In this document: positions 1 to 11,740 of the stretch, in pieces
Layout: each line of letters begins with the position of its first letter
Numbering within the stretch: position 1 is the stretch's first letter
Origin: Candidatus Saccharimonadota bacterium
Lineage (GTDB): Bacteria > Pseudomonadota > Gammaproteobacteria > Enterobacterales > Enterobacteriaceae
DNA: 32,000 bases
Reading direction: 5' to 3'
Assembly (NCBI GenBank): GCA_041941795.1
Contig: CP145872.1
Span: forward strand, 420,001-452,000
Notes under the pieces: model-generated
Database searches by the model: none
Seen by the model: the letters and a program-made list of their open reading frames with translations, nothing else
What the model was told of the DNA's origin: nothing
Program-made: the position numbers and the translations under genes

Positions 1-812
1 TTAAATGTAAACCTACTTCTCCGGGATGTCGTCATGTAGTAAAAGTAATCAATAAAAATTTATATAAAGGAAAACCTTTTTCTCCGTTATTAAAAAGTAA
101 ATTCAAAAGTGGAGGAAGAAATAACCAGGGAAAAATTACTACTCGGCATATTGGAGGAGGACATAAAAAACAGTATCGAGTAATAGATTTTAAACGAAAT
201 AAAGATAATATTGCTGCTTGCGTTGAACGGATCGAATACGATCCGAATAGATCGGCTAATATTGCTCTGATCTTATATCAGGATGGTGAAAGACGTTATA
301 TTTTAGCTCCGAAAGATTTAAAAAAAGGAGATCAAATAGAATCAGGTAATAACATTGCCATAAAGATTGGTAATAGTTTACCTCTGATTAATTTACCAGT
401 AGGAACTTTGATCCATAATGTAGAAATTAAACCCGGAAAAGGAGGACAGATAGCACGTTCTGCAGGTTCATATGCTCAAATTATTGCTCGTGAAGGATCT
501 TATGTTACTATTCGATTACGTTCGGGTGAAATACGTATGATCGCGGCTCGTTGTAGAGCTACATTAGGAGAACTTGGTAATAATGAACATATGTTACGGG
601 TTCTAGGAAAAGCTGGGGCTCAAAGATGGCGAGGAATTCGTCCTACTGTTAGAGGTACTGCTATGAATCCTGTTGATCATCCTCATGGAGGAGGCGAAGG
701 GAGAAATTTTGGGAAACATCCTGTTTCTCCTTGGGGAGTCCCTACTAAGGGAAAAAAAACTCGTAATAATAAACGTACTGATAAATTTATTCTTCATCAC
801 CGGAAAAAATAA
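1..812 (+). CDS. rplB: 50S ribosomal protein L2 (5' end cut by window edge)
   Basis: Frame 3 is open from base 3 ([15 protein letters not shown]...[23 protein letters not shown]...) and runs into the listed ORF (…[19 protein letters not shown]…). It is collinear with E. coli L2 from about residue 5. Confidence 0.97.
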   Translation, partial: KCKPTSPGCRHVVKVINKNLYKGKPFSPLLKSKFKSGGRNNQGKITTRHIGGGHKKQYRVIDFKRNKDNIAACVERIEYDPNRSANIALILYQDGERRYILAPKDLKKGDQIESGNNIAIKIGNSLPLINLPVGTLIHNVEIKPGKGGQIARSAGSYAQIIAREGSYVTIRLRSGEIRMIAARCRATLGELGNNEHMLRVLGKAGAQRWRGIRPTVRGTAMNPVDHPHGGGEGRNFGKHPVSPWGVPTKGKKTRNNKRTDKFILHHRKK

Positions 813-839
813 TTCATTCTTTTATGTAGGATAATTAAA

Positions 840-1118
840 ATGCCTCGTTCTATTAAAAAAGGACCTTTTATAGATTTACACTTGTTAAAAAAAATAGAAA
901 AATCAGTACAGAACAGAGATAAAAAACCTATTCGAACCTGGTCACGACGATCTACTATATTTCCTAATATGATTGGTTTGACTATTGCTATTCATAACGG
1001 ACGTCAACATATTCCTGTTTTTATTACTGAAGAAATGGTAGGACATAAATTAGGAGAATTTTCTCCTACTCGTACTTATCGAGGACATATACCAGATAGG
1101 AAAGTTAAAAAACGCTAA
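840..1118 (+). CDS. rpsS: 30S ribosomal protein S19
   Basis: 92 aa, [12 protein letters not shown]...[16 protein letters not shown]. Near-identical layout to E. coli S19 and in the expected position after rplB. Confidence 0.97.
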   Translation: MPRSIKKGPFIDLHLLKKIEKSVQNRDKKPIRTWSRRSTIFPNMIGLTIAIHNGRQHIPVFITEEMVGHKLGEFSPTRTYRGHIPDRKVKKR

Positions 1119-1127
1119 GGAGTAAGA

Positions 1128-1460
1128 ATGCAAAATATTGCAAAATATCGCAATGCTAAATGTTCTGCACAAAAAATGCGCATAGTTGCGAATCTGGTAC
1201 GCGGAAAAGCAGTATCCGAGGCATTAAAAATGCTCAATTTTAATAAAAAAAAATCATCGGATATTATTAAAAAAGTGTTAGCATCAGCTATTGCTAATGC
1301 AAAAAATCAGAATGATATTAACATGAATTGTTTAAAAATTACACAAATTATGATAGATAAAGGTTTAACGATTAAGCGTTTTATGCCAAGAGCTAAAGGA
1401 CGAGCCGATCAGATTTTAAAACGCACTAGTAATATTACAATCATTGTATCAGATAATTAA
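1128..1460 (+). CDS. rplV: 50S ribosomal protein L22
   Basis: 110 aa, ...SAQKMRIVANLVRGK...MPRAKGRADQILKRTSNITIIVSD. Matches E. coli L22 end to end. Confidence 0.97.
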   Translation: MQNIAKYRNAKCSAQKMRIVANLVRGKAVSEALKMLNFNKKKSSDIIKKVLASAIANAKNQNDINMNCLKITQIMIDKGLTIKRFMPRAKGRADQILKRTSNITIIVSDN

Positions 1461-1475
1461 GATCTGGAGATCGAT

Positions 1476-2198
1476 ATGGGTCATAAAACACATCCGAATG
1501 GTCTTAGACTAGGAATTATTACAACTTGGATATCAACATGGTATGCAAATACTAAAGAATTTGCGGCCAATTTAGAAAGTGATTATAAAATTCGTCAATT
1601 TCTCATTAAAAGACTATCCAAAGCTTATATTTCTCGTATTGTTATTGAACGTCCTGCTAAAAGCATTCGAATAACTCTACATTCAGCACGTCCAGGCATT
1701 GTAATAGGAAAAAAAGGAGAAGAGATTGAAAAATTACGTAAACAAGTAGCTAATATTACGGAAAGGCCAACGCAAATAAATATACATGAAATAAAAAAAC
1801 CAGAATTAGATGCTAAGTTAGTGGCCGATAGCATCGCATCTCAATTAGAACGACGTATAATGTTTCGTCGAGCAATGAAACGTGCGGTACAAAATGCAAT
1901 GCGAGCAGGTGCGAAAGGAATAAAAGTAGAAATAAGTGGGAGACTAGGAGGAACTGAAATAGCTCGAACCGAATGGTCTCGAGAAGGCCGAGTACCATTA
2001 CATACATTTCGAGCAGATATTGATTATAGTATTGGTGAGGCATTAACTACTTATGGAGTGATAGGAATCAAAGTATGGATATTTAAAGGAGAAATTTTAG
2101 GACATGGTCGACTCAAACCCAATATTAATGCTATGTCTGAGAAGAAGATAGGAATCCAGTCTTTGAAAGAAAAAACACATCGAAAAAATCGTAAGTAA
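1476..2198 (+). CDS. rpsC: 30S ribosomal protein S3
   Basis: 240 aa, [14 protein letters not shown]...[17 protein letters not shown]...[14 protein letters not shown]3 KH-domain motifs and correct operon position. Confidence 0.97.
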   Translation: MGHKTHPNGLRLGIITTWISTWYANTKEFAANLESDYKIRQFLIKRLSKAYISRIVIERPAKSIRITLHSARPGIVIGKKGEEIEKLRKQVANITERPTQINIHEIKKPELDAKLVADSIASQLERRIMFRRAMKRAVQNAMRAGAKGIKVEISGRLGGTEIARTEWSREGRVPLHTFRADIDYSIGEALTTYGVIGIKVWIFKGEILGHGRLKPNINAMSEKKIGIQSLKEKTHRKNRK

Positions 2199-2212
2199 GG
2201 AGATTGTGTTTA

Positions 2213-2620
2213 ATGTTACAGCCCAAGCAGACTAAATATCGGAAAATGCAAAAAGGACGAAACCGAGGACATGTACAGGAACAAATACATTTTGGTATTT
2301 TTGGATTAAAAGCGATTCAGCAAGGACGTTTATCCTCTCGACAAATTGAATCTGCCCGGCGAGCTATGAATAGGGCTATTAAACGTCAGGGTAAAATATG
2401 GATTAGAGTTTTTCCCGATAAACCCATTACAGAAAAACCGTTAGAAGTACGAATGGGTAAAGGAAAAGGTAATGTTGAGTATTGGGTTGCAGTTGTGAAA
2501 CCTGGCAAAATTTTATATGAAATGGATGGAGTAACAGAAGAAATAGCTCGTGAAGCTTTTAAGCTTGCCACAGCAAAGTTGCCTTTAAAAACAACTTTTA
2601 TAAATAAAATAAATTGGTGA
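2213..2620 (+). CDS. rplP: 50S ribosomal protein L16
   Basis: [19 protein letters not shown]... matches the E. coli L16 N-terminus. I start at ATG 2213 rather than the non-ATG codon at 2204 given by the ORF track. Confidence 0.95.
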   Translation: MLQPKQTKYRKMQKGRNRGHVQEQIHFGIFGLKAIQQGRLSSRQIESARRAMNRAIKRQGKIWIRVFPDKPITEKPLEVRMGKGKGNVEYWVAVVKPGKILYEMDGVTEEIAREAFKLATAKLPLKTTFINKINW

Positions 2621-2624
2621 TTGA

Positions 2625-2831
2625 ATGAAAATTAAATACGAAGAGAATAAAAATCTTCACAATCTCGAAATAGAGTTATTAAACTTAAAGAGAGAAAAAT
2701 TAAAATTACGAATGCAATGTTTTTCTGCGCCTGGTCCGCAGACTTTTGTGTTAAAAAAATTACGAAGACAAATTGCAAGTATCAAAAGAGTCTTAGCCCA
2801 AGGTAAAAGAAAAAATGTCAGCACTGAATAA
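2625..2831 (+). CDS. rpmC: 50S ribosomal protein L29
   Basis: 68 aa, ...[15 protein letters not shown]... resembles the L29 core (E. coli ELLNLLREQFNLRMQ). Lies between rplP and rpsQ. Its 3' end overlaps rpsQ by 17 nt. Confidence 0.9.
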   Translation: MKIKYEENKNLHNLEIELLNLKREKLKLRMQCFSAPGPQTFVLKKLRRQIASIKRVLAQGKRKNVSTE

Positions 2832-3078
2832 AATTAAAACACTTCAAGGAAGAATAAGTAGTAATAAAATGCAAAAAAGTGCGGTGGTATGTATTGAACG
2901 TTTTGTTAAACATTCTCTTTATGGTAAATTTATTAAGCGTACTACAAAAATTCATATCCATGATGAAAATAATGAATGTGCAGTAGGGGATTTAGTAGAA
3001 ATTAGAGAATGTCGTCCTTTATCTAAAACGAAATCATGGATATTAGTACGAATTGTAGAAAAAAATATTAACTCTTAA
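2815..3078 (+). CDS. rpsQ: 30S ribosomal protein S17
   Basis: 87 aa, ...[67 protein letters not shown]. Near-identical to E. coli S17. Confidence 0.96.
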   Translation: MSALNKIKTLQGRISSNKMQKSAVVCIERFVKHSLYGKFIKRTTKIHIHDENNECAVGDLVEIRECRPLSKTKSWILVRIVEKNINS

Positions 3079-3117
3079 GAAAAATACTTCTAAGAAAGAA
3101 TCGGAAATATTAAATTC

Positions 3118-3489
3118 ATGATACAAGAACGAACCATACTAACAGTAGCCGATAACTCCGGAGCAAAAAGTGTTATGTGTATTAAAGTACTAGGAGGAAC
3201 GCGTCGACGATATGCTAACATTGGAGATATAATTAAAATTTCTGTCAAAGATGCTATACCCAGAGGAAAAGTTAAAAAGGGTGAGGTAATGAAAGCGGTA
3301 GTAGTACGCACTAAAAAAGGTATACGTCGTAATGATGGATCCCTTATTCGTTTTGATGGAAATGCATGTATTTTATTAAATAATACTACCCATCAACCGG
3401 TGGGTACTCGAATTTTTGGTCCCGTCACACGGGAATTGAGAAATGAAAAATTTTCTAAAATAATTTCTCTCGCCCCGGAAGTTTTATAA
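3118..3489 (+). CDS. rplN: 50S ribosomal protein L14
   Basis: 123 aa, [17 protein letters not shown]...; L14 over its full length. Confidence 0.97.
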   Translation: MIQERTILTVADNSGAKSVMCIKVLGGTRRRYANIGDIIKISVKDAIPRGKVKKGEVMKAVVVRTKKGIRRNDGSLIRFDGNACILLNNTTHQPVGTRIFGPVTRELRNEKFSKIISLAPEVL

Positions 3490-3503
3490 GGAAATAGTTA
3501 TTT

Positions 3504-3821
3504 ATGGCTGCTAAAATACGTTCTGGAGATGAAGTAATAGTATTAACTGGAAAGGATAAAGGTAAACATGGAAAAGTAAAACGAGTTTTATCAATAGGCA
3601 AAGTGATTGTAGAACATATTAATTTAGTTAAAATTCATCAAAAACCGATTCCTGCTTTAAATAAAGCAGGCGGAGTGATTGTCCAAGAATCTCCTATCCA
3701 TATTTCTAATGTAGCTATCTATAATAAAAGAACTGGTAAAGCAGATAAGATTGGTTTTAAATGGCATCAAAGTAATAAAAAAAGATTTTTTAAAAAAAAT
3801 AATCAATATTTGGTGGAGTAA
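3504..3821 (+). CDS. rplX: 50S ribosomal protein L24
   Basis: 105 aa, [26 protein letters not shown]... matches E. coli L24. Confidence 0.96.
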   Translation: MAAKIRSGDEVIVLTGKDKGKHGKVKRVLSIGKVIVEHINLVKIHQKPIPALNKAGGVIVQESPIHISNVAIYNKRTGKADKIGFKWHQSNKKRFFKKNNQYLVE

Positions 3822-3824
3822 GAG

Positions 3825-4364
3825 ATGCCTAATTTACAATTAATATATAAAACTATGGTGATCAATAATCTGATGAGTCGATTTCAGTATAGTTCTGTAA
3901 TGCAAGTACCCAAAATACATAAAATTACATTAAATATGGGAGTAGGAGAGACAATATCTGATAAAAAATTTTTACAAGGAGCAGTAGAGAATCTTACGGC
4001 TATTTCAGGACAAAAACCTGTAATTACTAAAGCTCATAGATCTATAGCAGGATTTAAAATTCGCAAGGGTAATCCTATTGGATGTAAAGTCACTCTTCGA
4101 AGAAAGAGAATGTGGGAATTTTTAGAACGTTTAATATATATTGCTATCCCTCGTATTCGGGATTTTAGAGGATTTTCTGTTAAATCATTTGATAATTTTG
4201 GTAATTATAGTATAGGGATTCGAGAACAAATGATCTTTCCTGAAATAAAATATGATAAAATTGATCATATTCGGGGAATGGATATTACCATAACTACTTC
4301 GGCACAATCTAATGAAGAAGCCTATGCTCTCTTAAGTGCTTTTAATTTTCCATTTCGGAAGTAA
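3825..4364 (+). CDS. rplE: 50S ribosomal protein L5
   Basis: 179 aa, ...[19 protein letters not shown]...[19 protein letters not shown].. matches E. coli L5, and the length is identical. Confidence 0.97.
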   Translation: MPNLQLIYKTMVINNLMSRFQYSSVMQVPKIHKITLNMGVGETISDKKFLQGAVENLTAISGQKPVITKAHRSIAGFKIRKGNPIGCKVTLRRKRMWEFLERLIYIAIPRIRDFRGFSVKSFDNFGNYSIGIREQMIFPEIKYDKIDHIRGMDITITTSAQSNEEAYALLSAFNFPFRK

Positions 4365-4379
4365 GGATAAAATAACTAT

Positions 4380-4685
4380 ATGGCTAAAAAAGCAATGTTA
4401 TCGCGAGAAATAAAAAGGATTAAATTAGCTGATAAATTTTTAGAAAAAAGAACATTTTTAAAAAATTTAATTGCTGATCCTAAAAGTTCCTATAGTGAAC
4501 GATGGAGTGCAGTATTAAAATTACAGACTCTACCCCGAGATTCAAGTCGTTCTCGACAAAGAAATAGATGTTTACATACAGGTAAACCTCATGGTTTTAT
4601 ACGAAAATTTGGACTAAGTAGAATGAAAATTCGAGAAACGGCTATGCGGGGAGAAATACCAGGACTAAAAAAAGCTAGTTGGTAA
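4380..4685 (+). CDS. rpsN: 30S ribosomal protein S14 (long form)
   Basis: 101 aa, ...[49 protein letters not shown]14 signature. Confidence 0.96.
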   Translation: MAKKAMLSREIKRIKLADKFLEKRTFLKNLIADPKSSYSERWSAVLKLQTLPRDSSRSRQRNRCLHTGKPHGFIRKFGLSRMKIRETAMRGEIPGLKKASW

Positions 4686-4723
4686 TATTAAATTAAAGAA
4701 TATTACTTTAGGAGTAAATTAAT

Positions 4724-5116
4724 ATGAGTATGCAAGATCCTATTTCTGATATGATTACACGTATTCGGAATGGTCAAGCCTCGAAGAAATTATTTATCAG
4801 TATGCCTTCTTCTAAGATTAAAATTTCCATTGCTCAAGTCTTAAAAAGTGAAGGATATATTGATAAATATAATATTCAAGGTGATCTTAAAAAAGAATTA
4901 GTAATAGAGCTGAAATATTTTTTAGGAAAAGCAGTTATTGAAAATATTCACCGGATAAGTCGTCCGGGTTTACGTATATATAAACGTTCCAAAAACTTAC
5001 CTAAAATAATGTCCGGATTAGGCATTGCAATAATTTCTACCTCACGAGGAATTATGACGGATAGGAATGCTCGTAAAGCTCGAATTGGTGGAGAAATACT
5101 CTGTTATGTAGCTTAA
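4724..5116 (+). CDS. rpsH: 30S ribosomal protein S8
   Basis: 130 aa, [18 protein letters not shown]... ; S8. Confidence 0.97.
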   Translation: MSMQDPISDMITRIRNGQASKKLFISMPSSKIKISIAQVLKSEGYIDKYNIQGDLKKELVIELKYFLGKAVIENIHRISRPGLRIYKRSKNLPKIMSGLGIAIISTSRGIMTDRNARKARIGGEILCYVA

Positions 5117-5127
5117 AGGAGAAACAG

Positions 5128-5664
5128 ATGTCGCGAGTAGCTAAATGTCCTATTTATCTTCCTCAAAATGTGTTAGTAAAATTAAAGGGACAAAATATTT
5201 GGGTTTCTGGTGCTAAAGGTAACTTACATTGTCTAATTCATAATGCAGTAGAAATTGTTCAAATAAAACATATCATCACTTGTAAACCTTTTGATTCTAG
5301 TCTTGTTAATGGATGGGCACAAGCCGGAACAGCTAGAGCGCTGATAAAAATTATGATAGTTGGAGTAACAGAAGGTTTTGAAAAAAGACTGCAACTTGTG
5401 GGAATTGGGTATCGTGCTTTTATGAAAGGAAAAATTTTAAATTTAGCGTTAGGTTTTTCTCATTTAATAAAGTATAAAATTCCTGAAGAAATTACAGTAG
5501 AATGTCCTACTCCTACTGAAATTGTAGTCAAAGGAATTGATAAGCAGTTAATTGGTCAAACTGCAGCAAATATTTATTGCTATAAAAAACCAGATCCTTA
5601 TAAAGGAAAAGGAATACGTTATCTTAATCAAGTCATTCGTCTCAAAGAAGCTAAAAAAAAGTAA
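5128..5664 (+). CDS. rplF: 50S ribosomal protein L6
   Basis: 178 aa, MSRVAK.PI..P..V.V...GQ......KG...; ...LVGIGYRA...PDPYKGKGIRY. L6. Confidence 0.96.
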   Translation: MSRVAKCPIYLPQNVLVKLKGQNIWVSGAKGNLHCLIHNAVEIVQIKHIITCKPFDSSLVNGWAQAGTARALIKIMIVGVTEGFEKRLQLVGIGYRAFMKGKILNLALGFSHLIKYKIPEEITVECPTPTEIVVKGIDKQLIGQTAANIYCYKKPDPYKGKGIRYLNQVIRLKEAKKK

Positions 5665-5676
5665 GATTAATAACCT

Positions 5677-6039
5677 ATGAACAAAAAAATTGCTCGTATC
5701 CGAAGAGCGCGTTGTACGCGAATGAAATTAAAAAAATTACAAATTATACGTTTATTAGTTCATCGTACTTCACGACATATTTATGCTCAAATTCTGGAGG
5801 ATACTAGGGAGGGATGTAAAGTGCATGTTACAGCATCTACCTTAGAACCTGATATAAAAAATCGTAAAGTAATTTTTACGGGCAATAAAGAAGCGGCCAG
5901 AATAGTAGGAACTACTATTGCACACCGTGCGCTTAAAAAGGGAATTCAAGTAATATCTTTTGACCGGGCAGGATTTTTATATCATGGACGAATTAAAGAA
6001 TTAGCCGAAGCTGCTAGAAGAGCAGGTTTAAAATTCTAA
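5677..6039 (+). CDS. rplR: 50S ribosomal protein L18
   Basis: 120 aa, ...[15 protein letters not shown]...[27 protein letters not shown]18. Confidence 0.96.
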   Translation: MNKKIARIRRARCTRMKLKKLQIIRLLVHRTSRHIYAQILEDTREGCKVHVTASTLEPDIKNRKVIFTGNKEAARIVGTTIAHRALKKGIQVISFDRAGFLYHGRIKELAEAARRAGLKF

Positions 6040-6119
6040 AGACAGTCAAATAGCATATATTCAATCTAAAAAAAATTAGGCTTAGATTTCAGATCTCGTC
6101 AGGAGTGTAATAATATTAA

Positions 6120-6626
6120 ATGATTAATTCGAACATAGATAAGATAGGGGGAGATTTACAAGAAAAAATGATTTCTGTAAATCGAGTATCTAAAACTGTC
6201 AAAGGTGGACGTATATTTAGTTTTGCCGCTCTAACTGTAGTAGGTAATAAAAATGGTAGAGTAGGAGTGGGTTATGGTAAAGCTCGGGAAGTACCTATTG
6301 CCATTCAAAAAGCTATGGAAAAAGCACGTCGAAATATGATGAATTTTTATCTTGATCAGGGTACTTTATATTATCCCATAAAGGGATTTCATACGGGTAC
6401 TAAAGTTTACATGCAGCCAGCTTCTGAAGGAACTGGTATTATTGCAGGAGGAGCAATGCGTGCAGTATTAGAAGTAGCAGGCATAAGAAATGTATTAGCT
6501 AAATCTTATGGTTCCACCAATCCTCTTAATGTAGTTCGTGCCACTATAAAAGGACTTGCTAGTATGAAAACTCCTGAAATGATTGCTTGTAAACGTGGTA
6601 AAAAAATTAAAGAAATTTATTGTTAA
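6120..6626 (+). CDS. rpsE: 30S ribosomal protein S5
   Basis: 168 aa, ...[60 protein letters not shown]5. Confidence 0.97.
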   Translation: MINSNIDKIGGDLQEKMISVNRVSKTVKGGRIFSFAALTVVGNKNGRVGVGYGKAREVPIAIQKAMEKARRNMMNFYLDQGTLYYPIKGFHTGTKVYMQPASEGTGIIAGGAMRAVLEVAGIRNVLAKSYGSTNPLNVVRATIKGLASMKTPEMIACKRGKKIKEIYC

Positions 6627-6638
6627 TATTAAATAAAA

Positions 6639-6824
6639 ATGTCTAAAATGATAAAAATTACTCAAATTAGAAGTTCTATTGGTCGTCTTCCAAAACATAA
6701 AGCAACTTTAAAAGGTCTAGGATTACGATATATTGGACATAGTGTAATGAGAAAAAACATTTCCGAAATTCGCGGAATGGTTAAAAGTATTTCATACCTC
6801 CTAAAAATAGAAGAGGTTCAGTAA
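6639..6824 (+). CDS. rpmD: 50S ribosomal protein L30
   Basis: 61 aa, ..[31 protein letters not shown]30, positioned between rpsE and rplO. Confidence 0.94.
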   Translation: MSKMIKITQIRSSIGRLPKHKATLKGLGLRYIGHSVMRKNISEIRGMVKSISYLLKIEEVQ

Positions 6825-6826
6825 AT

Positions 6827-7288
6827 ATGTATTTAAATACTATTAGTCCTCCTTTAGGAGCTAAGAAACATCCTAGAAGATTAGGAAGAGGGATTGGATC
6901 AGGATTAGGAAAAACTGGGGGAAGAGGACATAAAGGACAAAAATCTCGATCTGGTAATAAAATTCATCGAGGTTTTGAAGGTGGGCAAACACCTTTATAT
7001 AGACGGTTACCTAAAGTTGGATTTCATTCTCTTAAAAAATTACAAACATCCGAAATTATTCTTGACGATCTTGAAAAAATAAAGTGTATAAATATTAATC
7101 TTAATACTTTAAAAAAGTATGGTCTAGTAAGTAATAAAATAAGATTTGCTAAGATCATTTGCTCGGGCAAAATAAGTATTCCTCTTATTATTCATGGCAA
7201 TATACGCGTAAGTAAGGGAGCACAATGTGCTATTGAAACTGCAGGAGGAAAAATAGAGGGTATTAATTATACATATGAAGATAAATAA
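6827..7288 (+). CDS. rplO: 50S ribosomal protein L15
   Basis: 153 aa, ..[35 protein letters not shown]15. Its 3' end overlaps secY by 14 nt. Confidence 0.96.
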   Translation: MYLNTISPPLGAKKHPRRLGRGIGSGLGKTGGRGHKGQKSRSGNKIHRGFEGGQTPLYRRLPKVGFHSLKKLQTSEIILDDLEKIKCININLNTLKKYGLVSNKIRFAKIICSGKISIPLIIHGNIRVSKGAQCAIETAGGKIEGINYTYEDK

Positions 7289-8627
7289 AATCTCATCTAG
7301 TTTGGACTTGCAGACTTATACAGGAGGATTTCAATCTCTTAAAAGGCGCTTATTATTTGTTGTATTAGCTATTCTAGTTTTTCGCATTGGTTCTTTTATT
7401 CCTCTACCAGGTATAGATGTAACTATAATTTCTCAGTTATTTGAGAAACAACGAGGAACTATTTTAGAAATGTTTAATATGTTTTCAGGAGGAGCTTTAA
7501 GTCATGCTTCAATTTTTTCTTTAGGAATCATGCCCTATATTTCTGCGTCAATTATCATACAATTACTTACTGTTCTACATTCAGGTTTAGGAGATCTCAA
7601 AAAAGAAGGAGAAATAGGAAGACGTAAAATTAACCAGTATATACGTTATTGTACTCTACTCTTAGCTTTACTTCAAGCAACCGGCATTGCATTTGGATTA
7701 TCTAATCTGCCCGGAATGCAAAGATTAATATTATTTCCCGGATTTTCATTTTATTTAACAGCTATTACTAGTTTAGTATCCGGTACTATGTTACTTATGT
7801 GGTTAGGAGAAAAGATAACTGAACATGGTATTGGAAATGGGATCTCAATCATTATTTATATTGGAATAGTTGCAGGATTACCCCCCGCTCTGGGAAAAAC
7901 TATAGAACATTTTAGATTAGGTGAATTGCATTTTTATCAGCTTTTAATAACAGTCATGATGGTATTCATTGTAACTTTATTAGCTGTTTTTGTTGAAAGA
8001 GGACAACGAAAAATTAAAGTGCATTATGCTCTTCGACAGCCACTACGACGAATTAATATAGTAACTTTACAACATCATACTACTCATTTACCATTAAAAG
8101 TAAATATGGCGGGAGTAATACCAGCTATATTCGCATCTAGCATTATCTTATTTCCTGCTACCCTAGCTTCTTGGTTTGGAGGAGGTTTAGGATGGTCTTG
8201 GTTAACCAACTTAGCTTATATTTTTCAACCAGGAACACCTTTATATATGCTGAGCTATACAATAGCCATTATTTTTTTCAGTTTTTTTTATACCTCTTTA
8301 GTTTTTAATTCCCGAGAAACGGCAGATAATTTAAAAAAATCCGGAGCTTTTTTACAAGGAATTCGACCGGGTGAACAAACGGCAAAGTATATAAATAAAA
8401 TAATGAATCGTTTAACTTTAATGGGTGCTTTATATATAATTATAATTTGTTTATTACCTGAGTTAATACGAGGATCTTTGGGAGTTCCATTTCATTTTGG
8501 AGGAACATCATTGCTAATTGTTGTAGTAGTAATTATGGATTTTATGTGTCAAATACAAACAATAATGATGTCTAAACAATATGAGTCAATTTTGAAAAAA
8601 GCTAAACTGAAAGGTTATGAACGTTAA
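7275..8627 (+). CDS. secY: Protein translocase subunit SecY
   Basis: 450 aa, collinear with E. coli SecY (…LKRRLLFV…[14 protein letters not shown]…[16 protein letters not shown]…[27 protein letters not shown]…[15 protein letters not shown]…). Confidence 0.97.
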   Translation: MKINKISSSLDLQTYTGGFQSLKRRLLFVVLAILVFRIGSFIPLPGIDVTIISQLFEKQRGTILEMFNMFSGGALSHASIFSLGIMPYISASIIIQLLTVLHSGLGDLKKEGEIGRRKINQYIRYCTLLLALLQATGIAFGLSNLPGMQRLILFPGFSFYLTAITSLVSGTMLLMWLGEKITEHGIGNGISIIIYIGIVAGLPPALGKTIEHFRLGELHFYQLLITVMMVFIVTLLAVFVERGQRKIKVHYALRQPLRRINIVTLQHHTTHLPLKVNMAGVIPAIFASSIILFPATLASWFGGGLGWSWLTNLAYIFQPGTPLYMLSYTIAIIFFSFFYTSLVFNSRETADNLKKSGAFLQGIRPGEQTAKYINKIMNRLTLMGALYIIIICLLPELIRGSLGVPFHFGGTSLLIVVVVIMDFMCQIQTIMMSKQYESILKKAKLKGYER

Positions 8628-8639
8628 TTAGGAGCCTTC

Positions 8640-8753
8640 ATGAAGGTACGCACTTCAGTTAGAAAGTTATGTCGTAATTGTAAAATAGTAACTCGGAGAG
8701 GAGTAGTAAGAATTATTTGTACCGATCCTAAACATAAGCAGCGACAAGGATAG
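8640..8753 (+). CDS. rpmJ: 50S ribosomal protein L36 (Zn-ribbon form)
   Basis: Not in the ORF track because it is too short. ATG at 8640 reads [37 protein letters not shown] then TAG at 8751-8753. It is near-identical to E. coli L36 and the C..C...C....H ligands are present. Confidence 0.93.
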   Translation: MKVRTSVRKLCRNCKIVTRRGVVRIICTDPKHKQRQG

Positions 8754-8787
8754 TTAAGGAAAAAATTAGTAAAGAAGTAGTGTTTTT

Positions 8788-8815
8788 TTGCTTAAAGATT
8801 GATACAATCCATAAT
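8788..8815 (+). promoter_or_regulatory. Candidate sigma70 promoter for the alpha operon (rpsM leader)
   Basis: TTGCTT (8788-8793), a 16-nt spacer, then CATAAT (8810-8815), about 40 nt upstream of the rpsM GTG. E. coli has an internal promoter at the equivalent rpmJ-rpsM junction. AT-rich DNA makes chance matches common. Confidence 0.3.
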
Positions 8816-8856
8816 CCGATAAGAAGATATTTAATCTAATTCCATAGGAGCATATA

Positions 8857-9213
8857 GTGATCCGGATAGCAGGCATTAATATATCAGAGAATAAAAATGC
8901 CATTAGAGCTTTAATGACAATATATGGTATTGGGAAAAGTCTCGCTCGAATAATTTGTGCTTCGGGAGGAATATGTGAAGATATAAAAATGAAAAATTTA
9001 ACCGAAGAACAAATAGACTTTTTAAGAAGTCAAGTGCTTCAATATACTATTGAAGGAGATCTCCGTAGGCAAGTGTCGCTTAATATAAAGAGACTTATGG
9101 ATGTAGCTTGTTATCGGGGTTTGCGTCATAGAAAAAGTTTACCAGTTCGTGGACAACGTACCAAAACCAATGCTCGAACTTGTAAAGGACCACGAAAACC
9201 AATAAAAAAATAA
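8857..9213 (+). CDS. rpsM: 30S ribosomal protein S13
   Basis: 118 aa with a GTG start (GTGATCCGGATAGCAGGC = M-IRIAGINI...). ...[52 protein letters not shown] matches E. coli S13. Confidence 0.96.
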   Translation: MIRIAGINISENKNAIRALMTIYGIGKSLARIICASGGICEDIKMKNLTEEQIDFLRSQVLQYTIEGDLRRQVSLNIKRLMDVACYRGLRHRKSLPVRGQRTKTNARTCKGPRKPIKK

Positions 9214-9231
9214 AATAAAAATGTGAAATAA

Positions 9232-9618
9232 ATGACAAAAATAACCAGATCACGAAAACGCGTAAAAAAACAAATTTTAGATGGAGTAGCTCATATATAT
9301 GCTTCTTTTAATAATACTATAGTTACTATTACTGATCGTCAGGGCAACGCGTTAGGATGGGCGACATCGGGAGGATCAGGATTTCGGGGGTCACGTAAGT
9401 CTACCCCATTTGCTGCACAAATAGCCGCTGAACGATGTGCAGCCGCTGTTAAAGATTATGGTTTGAAAAATTTGGAAGTGCTGGTAAAAGGTCCTGGTCC
9501 CGGAAGAGAATCTAGTGTCAGAGCTTTAAATGCTGCTGGATTTCGCATTATTAATATAACTGATGTAACCCCCATTCCTCATAATGGTTGTCGTCCTCCT
9601 AAAAAGAGACGAGTGTAA
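9232..9618 (+). CDS. rpsK: 30S ribosomal protein S11
   Basis: 128 aa, ...[46 protein letters not shown]... S11. Confidence 0.97.
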   Translation: MTKITRSRKRVKKQILDGVAHIYASFNNTIVTITDRQGNALGWATSGGSGFRGSRKSTPFAAQIAAERCAAAVKDYGLKNLEVLVKGPGPGRESSVRALNAAGFRIINITDVTPIPHNGCRPPKKRRV

Positions 9619-9655
9619 AAATTACTCTAATTATTAGAGGAAGGAGAAAAATTAT

Positions 9656-10279
9656 ATGGGCAGATATTTAGGACCTAAACTTAGGTTGAGTAGACGAGAA
9701 GGAGTAGATTTATTATTAAAATCGGGGATACGAAGTTTAGATTCTAAATGTGCACTTCAACGTTATCCTGGACAACATGGCGCTCGAAAAAATAGGTTAT
9801 CTGATTATGGACTGCAATTACGTGAAAAACAAAAACTTCGTCGAATATATGGAATATTAGAACGACAATTTCGTAATTATTATAAATTAGCTACTCGTCT
9901 TAAAGGAAATAAGGGAGAAACTCTTTTGCAACTCTTAGAGAGACGATTAGATAATATTATATATCGTTTAGGATTTGCTTCTACACGTGCGGAAGCACGT
10001 CAACTAGTATCTCATAAAGCCATTAATGTAAATAACAAGGTGGTAAACATACCTTCTTATCAAGTATCTCCACATGAAGTTATTAGCATAAATAATAGAG
10101 CACGAGATCAACAACGTATAAAAATTTCTTTATCACTAGCTGCTGATCAACGTGAAGAATGTAATTGGCTAGAAGTGAATATTTCGGAGATGTCGGGATA
10201 TTTAAAGAATATACCCGAACGAATAGATCTTCCAAAAGATATCAATGAACACATGATTATAGAGTTATACTCAAAATAA
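9656..10279 (+). CDS. rpsD: 30S ribosomal protein S4
   Basis: 207 aa, [22 protein letters not shown]...[30 protein letters not shown]4. Confidence 0.97.
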   Translation: MGRYLGPKLRLSRREGVDLLLKSGIRSLDSKCALQRYPGQHGARKNRLSDYGLQLREKQKLRRIYGILERQFRNYYKLATRLKGNKGETLLQLLERRLDNIIYRLGFASTRAEARQLVSHKAINVNNKVVNIPSYQVSPHEVISINNRARDQQRIKISLSLAADQREECNWLEVNISEMSGYLKNIPERIDLPKDINEHMIIELYSK

Positions 10280-10336
10280 TTTTGGTATCTTACTACTTTT
10301 TCTAAAATATCTCAATGAAAATAATACGAGGACAGA

Positions 10337-11350
10337 ATGCAGAGTAATATGACAGGATTACTAAGACCACATTTAGTAGATATTGAGCAAAAAAGTTTGA
10401 CCCATGCTAAAATTACTCTAGAACCATTAGAACGTGGATTTGGTCATACTTTAGGAAATGCTTTAAGACGAATATTATTATCTTCGTTACCAGGTTGTGC
10501 AGTGACCGAAGTAGATATCGATGGAGTATTACATGAATATACAAGTAAAGTAGGTATAAAAGAAGATATATTAGAAATTATTTTAAACTTAAAAGAACTA
10601 GCAGTGAAAATAAAAGATAAAGATAAAGATGAAGCTTTTGTTGTGCTAAATAAATCTGGTTTAGGACCCGTTACAGCTGGGGATATTATCCATGATATAA
10701 ATATTGAAATGGTCAGACCTAAACAGATAATTTGTAATTTAACTACCGTGAGATCTTGTATAAATATGCGCATTAAAGTCGAAAGAGGTCGCGGATATAT
10801 TCCGGCTTCAGCTAGAATCAAAACTTTTACTGATCGGCCGATTGGTCGACTTTTAGTTGATGCATGTTATAGTCCAATAGAACATATTTCTTATAATGTG
10901 GAATCAGCAAGAGTAGAACAACGTACAGATCTAGATAAATTAGTTATAGAAATGAAAACAAATGGGACTATAGATCCAGAACAGGCACTTAGAAGTGCAG
11001 CTACTATTTTAGCAGAACAATTAGAAGCATTTGTGGATTTACGGGAGGTGTGTAAACCTGAAATAAAAGTTAAAAAACCTGACTTTGAACCAATTCTATT
11101 GCGTTCCGTTGATGATTTAGAGTTAACTGTCAGATCTGCTAATTGTCTAAAAGCAGAAGCCATTCATTACATTGGTGATCTAGTGCAACGTACTGAAGTA
11201 GAACTACTTAAAACTCCTAATTTAGGAAAAAAATCTTTAAATGAGATTAAAGATGTATTAGCACTGAGATGTTTATCATTAGGAATGCGTTTAGAAAAGT
11301 GGCCTCCCTCCAGTCTTATCGAATCAGAAATCAATAAAAGGACCAAATAA
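10337..11350 (+). CDS. rpoA: DNA-directed RNA polymerase subunit alpha
   Basis: 337 aa, ...[39 protein letters not shown]... and the C-terminal domain ...[48 protein letters not shown]. Collinear with E. coli RpoA. Confidence 0.98.
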   Translation: MQSNMTGLLRPHLVDIEQKSLTHAKITLEPLERGFGHTLGNALRRILLSSLPGCAVTEVDIDGVLHEYTSKVGIKEDILEIILNLKELAVKIKDKDKDEAFVVLNKSGLGPVTAGDIIHDINIEMVRPKQIICNLTTVRSCINMRIKVERGRGYIPASARIKTFTDRPIGRLLVDACYSPIEHISYNVESARVEQRTDLDKLVIEMKTNGTIDPEQALRSAATILAEQLEAFVDLREVCKPEIKVKKPDFEPILLRSVDDLELTVRSANCLKAEAIHYIGDLVQRTEVELLKTPNLGKKSLNEIKDVLALRCLSLGMRLEKWPPSSLIESEINKRTK

Positions 11351-11721
11351 TGCGACATCGTAAGATTGGACGTAAACTAAACTGTAAAAGTAACATGCGC
11401 AAAGCTTTGTTTCTTAATCTATCCAAAGAATTAGTTAGACATGAAATTATTAAAACTACTTTACCTAAAGCAAAAGAACTTCGGCGTATTATTGAGCCTC
11501 TTATTACTTTTGCTAAAGTAGATAATTTATCTCGAAGAAGATTAGCCTTTTCTAAAATCCGAACGAAGACAATAGTAAAAAAATTATTCGATGATATTGG
11601 TCCTCGATTTATCAATTGTCCGGGAGGATATACAAGAATATTAAAATGTGGCTTTCGTACTGGCGATCAGGCGCCCATGGCATATATTGAGCTTATTAAT
11701 CGTATCGTTCTTAAAAATTAA
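11350..11721 (+). CDS. rplQ: 50S ribosomal protein L17
   Basis: 123 aa, [11 protein letters not shown]....MRKALF.NL...L..HE.I.TTL.KAKELRR..EPLIT.AK. The start overlaps the rpoA stop (TAATG). Confidence 0.96.
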   Translation: MRHRKIGRKLNCKSNMRKALFLNLSKELVRHEIIKTTLPKAKELRRIIEPLITFAKVDNLSRRRLAFSKIRTKTIVKKLFDDIGPRFINCPGGYTRILKCGFRTGDQAPMAYIELINRIVLKN

Positions 11722-11740
11722 CATTCTAATTAATTTAACC

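Noticed and set aside
1245-1256. Homopolymer tracts (A9 in rplV at about 1247-1255; A8 runs in rplB, rpsS and rplF; T9-T10 in the purA remnant) as possible transcriptional-slippage frameshift sites of the kind described in some endosymbionts.
   Set aside because: In the intact genes the tracts are in frame and simply encode Lys runs, so no frame correction is needed. In purA the tracts coexist with many other lesions that slippage cannot repair.
2204-2212. N-terminal extensions offered by the ORF track for rplP (2204), iscS (26375), suhB (25628), nfo (16770), folA (19961) and rplY (15773).
   Set aside because: Alignment to the E. coli N-termini places the true starts at the internal ATGs, several of which have a GGAG-type SD at proper spacing. 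The upstream 'starts' for rplP, suhB and nfo are non-ATG codons (GTG or TTG); those for iscS and rplY are upstream ATGs. In every case the added residues have no homology. The rplY case remains ambiguous.
603-11615. Antisense ORFs in the track inside the r-protein/rpoA block (603-800, 1625-1834, 1813-2043, 2386-2571, 3090-3311, 6495-6698, 10444-10821, 10891-11163, 11167-11358, 11331-11615; all minus strand).
   Set aside because: Each lies entirely opposite a strongly conserved, confidently identified gene and has a low-complexity composition rich in Ser, Leu, Phe and Ile. None has a recognisable family. They are shadow ORFs typical of AT-rich DNA.
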